A stretch of DNA of 50,018 nucleotides from NCBI GenBank assembly GCA_902756775.1, contig CACVSR010000001.1, positions 1-50,018 on the forward strand. The letters run 5' to 3'. Both the position numbers and the translations under genes were made by a program. Below the pieces are notes generated by a model. That model did not search any database. It was not told the origin of the DNA and saw only the letters and a program-made list of their open reading frames with translations. Numbering within the stretch: position 1 is the stretch's first letter; the number at the start of each line of letters is the position of its first letter. The DNA comes from an uncultured Lachnospiraceae bacterium. Lineage in GTDB: Bacteria > Bacillota > Clostridia > Lachnospirales > Lachnospiraceae. Below, piece by piece: positions 1 through 9,079 of this stretch.

Positions 1-165
1 CAGGGACTGTTTATCATTGACGCGGGCCATTACGGGACGGAATACTGTTTCATTGATTTTATGACCCGCAAGCTGAAGGCACTGTTTCCGGACTGCGAGG
101 TAAAAGGAGCCAAAATCATACAGCCGTTCCGGCTGGTGGGAGATGTCTATCCGGAAGAGGATTAA
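1..165 (+). CDS. Nif3-like dinuclear metal center protein, 3' end (partial)
   Basis: Frame 1 reads QGLFIIDAGHYGTEYCF...YPEED*, with TAA at 163-165. IDAGHYxTE is the C-terminal NIF3/YqfO motif. Not in the ORF track because it is truncated at the window edge. Confidence 0.8.
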   Translation, partial: QGLFIIDAGHYGTEYCFIDFMTRKLKALFPDCEVKGAKIIQPFRLVGDVYPEED

Positions 166-214
166 GACGGCCGGGCAGAGCTGTTTTTTCAAAGAGATGG
201 GATGGTGACAGGAT

Positions 215-1879
215 ATGAGTGAAAAAATGTACCGGGTCCAGGCGGGAGCCGTGACCAGGGAATATCCAGCGGGAACCCCATATGGAGAGATCGTCCGGGA
301 GATTCCGACAGAAAACGGGATGCCGGTTCTTCTTGTAATGGCAAACGGACAGCTGCGGGAGCTGCATAAACGGCTGAAGGAGGACTGTACACTCTCTCCG
401 ATCACCGCTGCAGACAGAATCGGGCAGGATACCTACCGCAGAAGCCTGAATCTTCTTTTTCTGAAAGCCGTATACGATGTGACCGGGAAAGATATTCACC
501 GCCATGCGGTGCTGCTGTTTTCCAACGGAAACGGATATTATTACCGTCTTCCCGGAACGGATGTGACGCCGAAGCTCGCGGATGCAGTGAGAAAAAGAAT
601 GAGGGAGCTGGCGGACTTAAAGATTCCCATCCGGAAAGAAACCGTTTCGCTGAGCAAGGCCAGAAAATTTTTCCGCGACTCGGATATGCGGGAAAAGGAC
701 CGGCTGTTCCGCTACCGTCGTTCTTCCAACGTCAATATGTACCGGCTGGAGGACTATAGAAATTATTTTTACGGCTATATGGTGTGGCATACCGGGTATC
801 TGAAGGTGTTTGACGTAACGACCTATGAGAACGGCCTGGTACTTGTTCTGCCGGATTTTTCACAGGCGCAGCCTCTTCGCCCGTTTGCGCCGTCTCCCAA
901 GCTGTTTCAGGTGCAGAAGCAGGCGGAGGACTGGGGAAGGCAGATGGGAATCCGCGGTGTCGCGGATCTGAACGAAACCATCTGCCGCGGCGAGATGGGG
1001 CAAAAAATGCTGGTGGCCGAAGCACTGCAGGAAAGCTCTATTGCCAGGATTGCGGAGCAGATCTGTGCCAGAGACAAGGTGAAATTTGTCCTGATTGCCG
1101 GACCGTCCTCGTCCGGAAAGACTACCTTCTCCCGAAGGCTTTCCATCCAGCTGACTGCGCACGGAAAGAGACCGCATCCGCTCAGCCTGGATAATTTTTA
1201 CAGAAACCGTTCGGAATGTCCCAGGGATGAAGAGGGAAATTATGATTTTGAGTGTCTGGAAGCCCTGGATCTGCCTCTGATTCGGCAGACACTGGAGAGG
1301 CTGACGGAGGGACAGGAGGTTCTTCTCCCCAGATTTGACTTTATCACCGGAGAGAGAAAGTATCCCGGAGACAAGCTGAAGCTGCAGGAGGGGGACATTC
1401 TGGTTCTGGAAGGAATTCACGGGCTGAACGCAAAGCTGAGTGATTTCCTGCCGGATGCATCAAAATTCCTGATTTATATCAGTGCGCTGACGCAGCTGAA
1501 TGTGGATGAGCACAACCATATTTCCACCACGGACGGGCGGCTGCTTCGGAGGATTGTAAGGGATTACCGGACCAGGGGAACCTCCGCGCAGGAATCCATC
1601 CGTATGTGGCCCTCGGTGCGCAGGGGGGAGAACAACTATATTTTCCCGCACCAGGAAAATGCGGACGCAATTTTTAATTCAGCCTTGATTTATGAATTTT
1701 CTATATTAAAATTATACGCAGAACCGCTGCTGTTCCATATTCCGGAGAATGCGCCGGAATATCCGGAGGCAAACCGCCTTCTGAAATTTCTGGATTATTT
1801 CCTCGGCTATCCATCCGGGGATCTTCCGGAAAACTCTATTCTCAGAGAGTTTATCGGCGGTTCCTGTTTTGATGTCTGA
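215..1879 (+). CDS. Nucleoside (uridine) kinase / PRK-family protein with N-terminal ThrRS-like (TGS/editing-like) domains
   Basis: 554 aa. P-loop IAGPSSSGKTT, SLDNFY, LEGIHGLN and DGRLLRRIVRD motifs. N-terminus (ANGQLREL, YRRSL, GYYY) resembles the ThrRS N-terminal region. Confidence 0.85.
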   Translation: MSEKMYRVQAGAVTREYPAGTPYGEIVREIPTENGMPVLLVMANGQLRELHKRLKEDCTLSPITAADRIGQDTYRRSLNLLFLKAVYDVTGKDIHRHAVLLFSNGNGYYYRLPGTDVTPKLADAVRKRMRELADLKIPIRKETVSLSKARKFFRDSDMREKDRLFRYRRSSNVNMYRLEDYRNYFYGYMVWHTGYLKVFDVTTYENGLVLVLPDFSQAQPLRPFAPSPKLFQVQKQAEDWGRQMGIRGVADLNETICRGEMGQKMLVAEALQESSIARIAEQICARDKVKFVLIAGPSSSGKTTFSRRLSIQLTAHGKRPHPLSLDNFYRNRSECPRDEEGNYDFECLEALDLPLIRQTLERLTEGQEVLLPRFDFITGERKYPGDKLKLQEGDILVLEGIHGLNAKLSDFLPDASKFLIYISALTQLNVDEHNHISTTDGRLLRRIVRDYRTRGTSAQESIRMWPSVRRGENNYIFPHQENADAIFNSALIYEFSILKLYAEPLLFHIPENAPEYPEANRLLKFLDYFLGYPSGDLPENSILREFIGGSCFDV

Positions 1880-1901
1880 GAAATAAAGAAACCTTTTTCC
1901 T

Positions 1902-2249
1902 ATCAGCAGAGTATACGATCGCGGCCGGCAGGACCGAAAGGGGCCGGCTGAGGAAAGTCCGGGCTTCACAGGGCAGGATGCCGGATAACGTCCGGCGGAG
2001 GTGACTCCAGGGAAAGTGCAGCAGAAATATACCGCTGTGCCATCACAGTAAGGGTGAAAAGGCAGTGTAAGAGACTACCGACATTCTGGTGACAGGATGT
2101 GCCATGTAAACCCCATCCGAAGCAAGACCGAAAGGAAGACTATGTGGCTGCCCGCCACGTCTTCAGGTGGGTCGCTTGAGCCTGCCGGCAACGGCAGGAC
2201 ACAGACAGATGATCGTACAAGACATAACCCGGCTTATCGCTCTGCTGAT
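1902..2249 (+). ncRNA. rnpB: RNase P RNA (bacterial type A)
   Basis: Universal GAGGAAAGTCCGGGC near the 5' end, AGTGCAGCAGAAA, GGGTGAAA, GTAAACCCCATCCGAAGCAAG and 3' ACATAACCCGGCTTA. Terminal P1 helix ATCAGCAGAG/CTCTGCTGAT is followed by a T-run. Confidence 0.97.
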
Positions 2250-2339
2250 TTTTTTGTGCCCGCCCGCAGGCGTCTGCAGAGGCAGTGTCCTCCCGTAGAA
2301 CGGGACGGTTTCGGAAGGCAGGGCAGAGGAGTATGTACC

Positions 2340-2921
2340 ATGCAGAAAATTATACTGGCTTCGGCTTCCCCCAGAAGGAAGGAGCTCCTTATTCAGGCCG
2401 GCTTTTCTCCGGAGGTAGTACCTTCGTCCGTGGAGGAAATAATCACAGGCAGGGCTCCTTCAGATACGGCGGAAGGGCTTTCCCGGATCAAGTGCCTGGA
2501 TGTCGCTGAAAAAAAGAGAAGCGCCGGTCAGAGATCGGTTGTCCTGGGATCCGATACGATTGTCGTCCTGGATAACAGAATTCTCGGTAAGCCGAAGAGT
2601 CGGGAGGAAGCCTGCAAAATGCTTCACCGGCTGCAGGGAAAAAAGCATCAGGTAATTACCGGAGTGACGATTGCCCTTGTGGAGGGCGGCTCCATCCTGG
2701 AAACCGATACGTTTTCCAGCCGAACGGATGTCTGGGTTGCACCCATGTCGGAGGAGGAGATCCTTAGCTACGTAGAAACCGGAGATCCCATGGATAAAGC
2801 CGGGGCGTACGGCATTCAGGGCCCTTTTGCCAGGTTTGTCGAAAAAATTGAAGGAGATTATTACACTGTAGTCGGACTTCCGGTTGCCGCGGTTTATCGG
2901 CACCTGAAGCATTTTTTATAA
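2340..2921 (+). CDS. maf: Maf family nucleoside triphosphate pyrophosphatase
   Basis: IILASASPRRKELL, GSDT, LGKP, DKAGAYGIQG and VVGLP motifs. Start moved to ATG 2340 (GAGGAG RBS) because the longer ORF overlaps rnpB. Confidence 0.93.
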   Translation: MQKIILASASPRRKELLIQAGFSPEVVPSSVEEIITGRAPSDTAEGLSRIKCLDVAEKKRSAGQRSVVLGSDTIVVLDNRILGKPKSREEACKMLHRLQGKKHQVITGVTIALVEGGSILETDTFSSRTDVWVAPMSEEEILSYVETGDPMDKAGAYGIQGPFARFVEKIEGDYYTVVGLPVAAVYRHLKHFL

Positions 2922-2933
2922 AAGGGGGCTTTT

Positions 2934-3677
2934 ATGAGGGAATTCTGGAACGATCTGACAGAACAGTTTCGCAGGCTGCGGGTGATGAGCCTCTGCTTTG
3001 CGGTTATCCTGCTGCTTCTTGGTATTTTTCTTGTTATCCGGCCCGGCGCGGCCATCCGGTTTATCTGTTTTCTGATCGGATTGTGCCTTCTGGCCTACGG
3101 TGTTTTCCTTACGGCCAATTATTTTGCGGAGCTGCGGAATACAAACGTTCTGAATCCGCTTCCCTACCGGATCATCCTTGGTGTAATCCTGCTTGTCATC
3201 GGCCTTCTGATTATTTTACACCCGGAGGGGATTATTTCTTTTGCCAGTGTTCTTCTGGCAGTTATTCTGTTTGCTTTTGCCGCTGACAGTTTTTTTGAGA
3301 CCAGCCTGTTCCGGAGCTATCAGGACGGGCGGTGGTGGGTGCAGCTGGTCAGCGCTGTCATCACCACAGCGCTCGGACTGATTCTTGTTTTTGCGCCGAT
3401 TGAAAGCGCGGAAATGGTGATGCGTATCGCCGGGGTCGCTATGATTTATACGGCGGTTTCCATGATTATTTCCAACATACGTCTTGCCGGGTATGCAGAC
3501 AAATTCAGGGAAAATGAAGACGGCCGACAGGCCTTTCAGGAGGACGATCCGGATATTGTTGACGGAGAGGCAAGAGAGGTTCCGGACGACGAAAGTCCGA
3601 AGGACAGCTCCGCATCTGACCCCGACCCGGAGATTCTGGAGGGAGAAGTAGTAGATGAAGGTGATGACAGGTATTAG
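2934..3677 (+). CDS. HdeD/DUF308-like membrane protein with acidic C-terminal tail
   Basis: About 6 hydrophobic helices with repeated LG.....P motifs, then a D/E-rich tail. Confidence 0.7.
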   Translation: MREFWNDLTEQFRRLRVMSLCFAVILLLLGIFLVIRPGAAIRFICFLIGLCLLAYGVFLTANYFAELRNTNVLNPLPYRIILGVILLVIGLLIILHPEGIISFASVLLAVILFAFAADSFFETSLFRSYQDGRWWVQLVSAVITTALGLILVFAPIESAEMVMRIAGVAMIYTAVSMIISNIRLAGYADKFRENEDGRQAFQEDDPDIVDGEAREVPDDESPKDSSASDPDPEILEGEVVDEGDDRY

Positions 3678-3716
3678 AATTCTTTACATGGAACAGAACA
3701 GGGAGGAACGAAAGAA

Positions 3717-4658
3717 ATGCGAAAATTAAAGCATCTGCGTCATATTATGTCACCGCTGGATCTGACGGTAGAAGAAATGGATAAGCTGATGGATCTTGCC
3801 GCTGATATGGAGGTAAATCCGAAGAAGTATGCGCATGTCTGTGACGGGCTGAAGCTTGCCACCTTGTTTTATGAGCCCAGCACCCGGACAAGGATGAGTT
3901 TTGAGTCGGCAATGCTCAATATGGGAGGAAGCATCATCGGCTTTCATTCCGCCTCTTCCAGTTCTGCTACAAAGGGAGAAAGCGTGGCAGATACTATCCG
4001 CGTAGCAGGGTGTTTTGCCGATATCTGCGCCATGCGGCATCCCAAAGAGGGGGCGCCCATGGTGGCGGCCGAGGTTTCCCCGATCCCTGTCATCAATGCG
4101 GGGGATGGCGGACACCAGCATCCCACACAGACGCTGGCAGACCTGATGACCATCCGGACACTGAAGGGAAGACTGAATAACCTTACGGTGGGAATCTGCG
4201 GAGACCTGAAATTCGGGCGCACCGTCCATTCTCTGATCAGCGCGCTGGTCCGGTACACGGGCATCCGCTTTATCCTGATATCCCCGGAGGAACTGCGCAT
4301 TCCCTCCTACGTGAAGGAGGAGGTGCTGAACCCCGCGGGTACGCCTTATGAAGAGGTGATCCGTCTGGAGGACGCGATTCCGAAGCTGGATATTCTTTAC
4401 ATGACGCGCGTGCAGAAGGAGCGTTTTTTCAATGAGGATGATTATGTCCGCATGAAGGATTTTTATATTCTGGATGAGGAAAAGATGAAGCTGGGCGGAC
4501 CGGAAATGTATGTCCTGCATCCGCTACCGCGGGTCAACGAAATTTCTGTCAATGTGGATAAGGATCCGCGGGCGGCCTACTTTAAACAGGTGCATTACGG
4601 CATGTATATGAGAGAGGCACTGATGTACACACTTCTTGAGCTGGGGGAGGATCAGTAA
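3717..4658 (+). CDS. pyrB: Aspartate carbamoyltransferase catalytic subunit
   Basis: [42 protein letters not shown] and HPLPR motifs. Confidence 0.97.
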   Translation: MRKLKHLRHIMSPLDLTVEEMDKLMDLAADMEVNPKKYAHVCDGLKLATLFYEPSTRTRMSFESAMLNMGGSIIGFHSASSSSATKGESVADTIRVAGCFADICAMRHPKEGAPMVAAEVSPIPVINAGDGGHQHPTQTLADLMTIRTLKGRLNNLTVGICGDLKFGRTVHSLISALVRYTGIRFILISPEELRIPSYVKEEVLNPAGTPYEEVIRLEDAIPKLDILYMTRVQKERFFNEDDYVRMKDFYILDEEKMKLGGPEMYVLHPLPRVNEISVNVDKDPRAAYFKQVHYGMYMREALMYTLLELGEDQ

Positions 4659-5096
4659 ATGTTAAATGTAGGCGCGATTGAAGAAGGCTTTGTTCTGGAT
4701 CACATCAAAGCGGGAAAAGCAATGACCATTTACAAGGATCTGAAGCTGGACCAGCTGGACTGCACGGTGGCGATTATCAAGAACGCAAAAAGCAGTAAGA
4801 TGGGCAAAAAGGATATTTTAAAGGTGGAGTGCCCGATCGACCAGCTGAATATGGATGTAGTGGGGTTTATCGACCACAATATCACCGTGAACATTATCAA
4901 AAACAGCAGGATCATCGCAAAGAAAAAACTGGAGCTTCCGAAAGAAATCCGGAATGTCATCCGCTGCAGGAATCCCAGATGCATTACCTCGATCGAGCAG
5001 GGGCTGGATCAGGTTTTTGTGCTGACCGACCCGGAGAAGGAGATCTACCGCTGCAAATACTGTGAAGAGAAATATCACGGAACCCACAACAAATAA
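4659..5096 (+). CDS. pyrI: Aspartate carbamoyltransferase regulatory subunit
   Basis: GFVLDHI motif; Zn ligands CRNPRC...CKYC; abuts pyrB. Confidence 0.95.
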   Translation: MLNVGAIEEGFVLDHIKAGKAMTIYKDLKLDQLDCTVAIIKNAKSSKMGKKDILKVECPIDQLNMDVVGFIDHNITVNIIKNSRIIAKKKLELPKEIRNVIRCRNPRCITSIEQGLDQVFVLTDPEKEIYRCKYCEEKYHGTHNK

Positions 5097-5190
5097 TGCG
5101 GGGATTACAGTGTGCTACACAGTGAATATATCCTGGGAAGTAAGGCACAGAAGTAAGGCATTTAAGAAAGTAAAACAGAAGGAACAAATC

Positions 5191-6504
5191 ATGGATCATA
5201 TTATTTCAAAACTGCTAATGTACGGTTCCCTGCCGGAGGATTCGATTCTGGTTCAGATGGGAAACATCTGCCGCGACGCGCGGGAAGAAAAAGTTCCGAA
5301 GGATGAGCTTGTGGCCAGAAGTTTCCGGGTGGTAAAAAAGATCTGCATTGTCGCCACAGACTATGGGTTTGACGAAAACCTGTGGCACAATTACCTGACC
5401 TTTCAGCTGATCACGGATGAGAATCCTTTCAGCCTGACATGCGAAAAAGTAGGAGCCAGCGAGGGAAGCGTCAATGTATTTGCCAGGAATGACTTCCGGG
5501 CTTTTATGGAGCTGTTTCACTATGATTTCACCTGGCTGGAGAACTATCTGGGAATCAGCTGCTTCTCGCAGATCCTCCACTATAAGGCGATCGTAAAGCC
5601 GGAGCTGATGTACAACAAGAATGTCAGCGAAAAAGTGCGGGAGCTCAGCCGCAGACTGGAAAAAGCCGCGGATGAAAACGAGTTCTTCGACGCGGTGACG
5701 GGCTTTTACAGAGACTACGGCGTGGGGATGTTCGGCCTGAACAAGGCCTTCCGCATTTCGTCAGATGATCACGGCAGCATAAAGTTCCACGCCATAAACA
5801 ATATGGAAAAGGTGATGCTGGACGATCTGGTCGGATATGAAATCCAGAAGAAGAAGCTGGTGGACAATACCCGCGCGTTCGTAGAGGGAAAGAAGGCCAA
5901 TAACTGCCTGCTGTTCGGCGATTCCGGAACGGGAAAATCCACCAGCATCAAGGCTATCGTCAATGAATTCTATCCGGACGGCCTGCGCATGATTGAGATT
6001 TACAAGCATCAGTTCAAGGATCTCTCCAATGTCATCGCGGCGATCAAAAACCGGAACTATAAATTTATTATTTACATGGATGACCTTTCCTTCGAGGAAT
6101 TTGAGATCGAGTATAAATTCCTGAAGGCAGTGATTGAAGGCGGTGTGGAGACGAAGCCGGACAATGTGCTGATTTACGCGACATCCAACCGCAGGCACCT
6201 GATCAAAGAGACCTGGAGCGACAGGGATGATGTAAAGAATGAAAACGGAATGCACAAATCCGATACCATGGAGGAAAAGCTTTCGCTGGTTCACCGGTTC
6301 GGCGTAACCATCAGCTACTCCAAGCCGACTCAGCAGGAATATTTCCGGATTGTGATTCAGCTGGCAAAACGCGCCGGAATCCGCATGTCTGAGGAAGAAC
6401 TGAAGGCCGGAGCCAATCAATGGGAGCTCAGCCACGGCGGCATCTCCGGAAGAACCGCGCAGCAGTATATTACCTATCTGAGCGGAGCCGCAGAAGAGGC
6501 ATAA
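5191..6504 (+). CDS. AAA+ ATP-binding protein, DUF815 family
   Basis: NNCLLFGDSGTGKST, MDDLSFE, YATSNRRHL, EKLSL..RFG and SGRTAQQ motifs. Start set at ATG 5191. Confidence 0.88.
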   Translation: MDHIISKLLMYGSLPEDSILVQMGNICRDAREEKVPKDELVARSFRVVKKICIVATDYGFDENLWHNYLTFQLITDENPFSLTCEKVGASEGSVNVFARNDFRAFMELFHYDFTWLENYLGISCFSQILHYKAIVKPELMYNKNVSEKVRELSRRLEKAADENEFFDAVTGFYRDYGVGMFGLNKAFRISSDDHGSIKFHAINNMEKVMLDDLVGYEIQKKKLVDNTRAFVEGKKANNCLLFGDSGTGKSTSIKAIVNEFYPDGLRMIEIYKHQFKDLSNVIAAIKNRNYKFIIYMDDLSFEEFEIEYKFLKAVIEGGVETKPDNVLIYATSNRRHLIKETWSDRDDVKNENGMHKSDTMEEKLSLVHRFGVTISYSKPTQQEYFRIVIQLAKRAGIRMSEEELKAGANQWELSHGGISGRTAQQYITYLSGAAEEA

Positions 6505-6517
6505 GGATGGTATAGGG

Positions 6518-7807
6518 ATGGATTATCAGGAAGCAAGAGCCTTTATTGCCGGAAAAATATCCGGTGTTCATCTGGAGCTGGACAGAATCCGCGCGCTTCT
6601 GGATGAGCTTGGGAATCCGGAGAAGAACCTCCGGTTTCTTCATATTGCGGGGACGAACGGGAAAGGCAGCATTGCCGCCTATCTTTCCGCAGCCCTGACG
6701 CGGGCGGGATTCTGCACAGGTGTCTACACTTCTCCGGTTGTCTACACCTATGGGGAGCAGTTCCGGATAAACGGGAAGATGATTACCAGGGAAGAGTATA
6801 CGCAGCTGGCAGAAAAGATGAAAAGCGCCGTGACCCATATGGAGAGGCGCGGCCTTGTCTGTCCCTCCAATTTTGAACTGGAGACGGTTCTCGCCATTCT
6901 GTTTTTTGCGGAACAGCACTGCGATTACTCAATTCTGGAATGCGGCATGGGTGGCAGGGATGACGCGACCAATGTGATTCCTGCGCCTGTTCTTGCCATA
7001 TTTGCGTCCATCAGCATGGACCATACAGAATTTCTGGGACATACGCTTCCGGAAATAGCATCCGTGAAAGCAGGAATAATCAAAAAGGGCTGTATGGCAG
7101 CCGTAACATCCGGCCAGCAAAAAGAGACCAGTGATGTGCTGCAGTCAGTCTGTGATTCCCTGGGGGTTCTTCTGGTCAACGGCCATCCGGAACAGGCGGA
7201 AATTCTGGAAAACACCATAGACGGTGTGACCTTTCGCTATAAAGGTCTGCTGTTTCACACACCACTTGCCGGAAGCTGCCAGGTGGAAAACGCTGTTACT
7301 GCCTTTGAGGCGCTGAAGGTTTTGCAGAGGAAAGAACCGGAACTGACAGATGAAAAGATTCTGGAGGGGATTTCCCTGGCGGACTGGCACGGAAGATTTA
7401 CCCGCATCGCGGAGAATCCGGATTTTCTTGTGGACGGAGCACATAATCCGCGCGCGGCCGATATCCTGCGGAAGTCTGTTCTGGAATGCTATCCGGACAG
7501 GCGCAGAATTTTTATTCTGGGCGTTTTTGCGGATAAGGATTACCGGGAGGTGATCCGCAGGACCTGTGATCTGGCGGATGTCCTTCTCTGTGTGGAAACA
7601 CCGGACAATGAGCGGGCACTCCCGGCAGAAAAGCTTGCCGGGATCGCGGCGGAAATCTTTCCGGGGAAACCGGTTTTTGCGGAAAAGAGCATCCCGGACG
7701 CGGTCAGGCATTCCCTTGCCCTTGCCGGGCCGGAGGATCTGATTCTTTCCTTCGGTTCACTTTCCAACATCGGTGAAATCACCGGCCTTATGAAACACTT
7801 AATTTAG
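6518..7807 (+). CDS. folC: Folylpolyglutamate synthase / dihydrofolate synthase
   Basis: HIAGTNGKGS, ECGMGGRDDATN, MDH, KAGI, DGAHNP and FGSL motifs. Confidence 0.95.
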   Translation: MDYQEARAFIAGKISGVHLELDRIRALLDELGNPEKNLRFLHIAGTNGKGSIAAYLSAALTRAGFCTGVYTSPVVYTYGEQFRINGKMITREEYTQLAEKMKSAVTHMERRGLVCPSNFELETVLAILFFAEQHCDYSILECGMGGRDDATNVIPAPVLAIFASISMDHTEFLGHTLPEIASVKAGIIKKGCMAAVTSGQQKETSDVLQSVCDSLGVLLVNGHPEQAEILENTIDGVTFRYKGLLFHTPLAGSCQVENAVTAFEALKVLQRKEPELTDEKILEGISLADWHGRFTRIAENPDFLVDGAHNPRAADILRKSVLECYPDRRRIFILGVFADKDYREVIRRTCDLADVLLCVETPDNERALPAEKLAGIAAEIFPGKPVFAEKSIPDAVRHSLALAGPEDLILSFGSLSNIGEITGLMKHLI

Positions 7808-7815
7808 GTTTTACA

Positions 7816-7842
7816 GGCGGAACGTGCCGTTTCCGCCGTTTT
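7816..7842 (+). terminator. Putative intrinsic terminator after folC
   Basis: GGCGGAA-N8-TTCCGCC followed by GTTTT. An extended -10 (TG-A-TATACT, 7844-7852) follows for pheA. Confidence 0.5.
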
Positions 7843-7876
7843 CTGATATACTTCGGATGGTACGGGAGCAGGAAGC

Positions 7877-9010
7877 ATGACAGAACTGGAAAAATACAGA
7901 GATCAGATTGATGCCATCGACAGGGACATAGTCCGTCTTTTTCACGAAAGAATGCAGGTGGTGGAAAAGGTGGCCGACTATAAAATTAAAAGCGGAAAAT
8001 CTGTTTTCGATTCGCAGAGAGAACAACAGAAGATCAAGACGCTGGTGGAACTCTGTGAAAATGACTTCGAGAAGCGGGCGGTGGTGGAAATTTTTGAGCA
8101 GATTATGGCCATCAGCCGGAAAAAGCAGTATCAGCTTCTGACAGAAAACGGAGTGACGCTCCCCGTGGATTATGCTTCCACAGAGAAGCTGCATTTTCAA
8201 AATGCCAGGGTTGTCTTCCAGGGAGTGGAGGGCGCGTACAGCTTTGAGGCCATGAAAACCTTTTTTGACGATTCTATAGAAACCTCCCACGTCAGTACCT
8301 GGCGGGAGGCGATGGATCTGGTGGCCCGGCATGAAATGGACTTCGGCGTTCTTCCGATCGAGAATACCACAGCGGGAAGTGTGTCGGACATCTATGATCT
8401 CCTTCTGCACTACCATAACTATATTGTGGGCGAGCAGACCATAAAGATTGACCACATGCTGATGGCGCTGCCCGGTACCAGGCCGGAGGATATCAAAACG
8501 GTGTATTCGCACCCGCAGGGTCTTGCACAGTGTGCTCCGTGGCTGGATAAATACCATCCGGAGTGGACACGCCGGCAGGTGCTTAACACCGCCATGGCTG
8601 CCGAAAAGGTTGCCAGAGAGGGGCGCAGGGATCAGGCCGCGATTGCCAGCCGCTCTGCGGCGGAGTATTTCGGCCTGCAGATTCTTCAGGAGGGAGGAAT
8701 GTCCGCGGAAAAGAACTCCACCCGCTTTATTATCCTGTCCGCCCGCCGCTGCTTTGTAAAGAGCGCCAGAAAAATCAGTATCTGCTTTGGACTTCCGCAT
8801 GCCTGCGGTACACTCTACAACATTCTGTCCCACTTTATCTTTAACGGATTGAATATGTTCAAGATCGAATCCCGTCCAATTCCGGACCGGCCGTTTGAGT
8901 ACCGCTTTTTTATCGACTTCGAGGGAAATCTTGCGGATCCGGCGGTAAAAAATGCCCTACGGGGCATTCAGGCAGAAGCTGTGGATCTCCGTCTGCTTGG
9001 CAACTATTAA
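7877..9010 (+). CDS. pheA: Chorismate mutase / prephenate dehydratase
   Basis: N-terminal LEKYRDQIDAIDR (CM type II), FQGVEGAYS, PIENTTAG, SHPQGLAQC, NSTRF and ACT-domain KIESRP. Confidence 0.95.
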   Translation: MTELEKYRDQIDAIDRDIVRLFHERMQVVEKVADYKIKSGKSVFDSQREQQKIKTLVELCENDFEKRAVVEIFEQIMAISRKKQYQLLTENGVTLPVDYASTEKLHFQNARVVFQGVEGAYSFEAMKTFFDDSIETSHVSTWREAMDLVARHEMDFGVLPIENTTAGSVSDIYDLLLHYHNYIVGEQTIKIDHMLMALPGTRPEDIKTVYSHPQGLAQCAPWLDKYHPEWTRRQVLNTAMAAEKVAREGRRDQAAIASRSAAEYFGLQILQEGGMSAEKNSTRFIILSARRCFVKSARKISICFGLPHACGTLYNILSHFIFNGLNMFKIESRPIPDRPFEYRFFIDFEGNLADPAVKNALRGIQAEAVDLRLLGNY

Positions 9011-9079
9011 CAATGGATCCGGCTTACCTGGCATCCGCGGGTGCCGCCGGACTATGCTAATAACAAGGAGGAACGAAGG

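Noticed and set aside
2097-2339. 81-aa N-terminal extension of the Maf ORF
   Set aside because: It overlaps the RNase P RNA. Maf homology and an RBS begin at ATG 2340.
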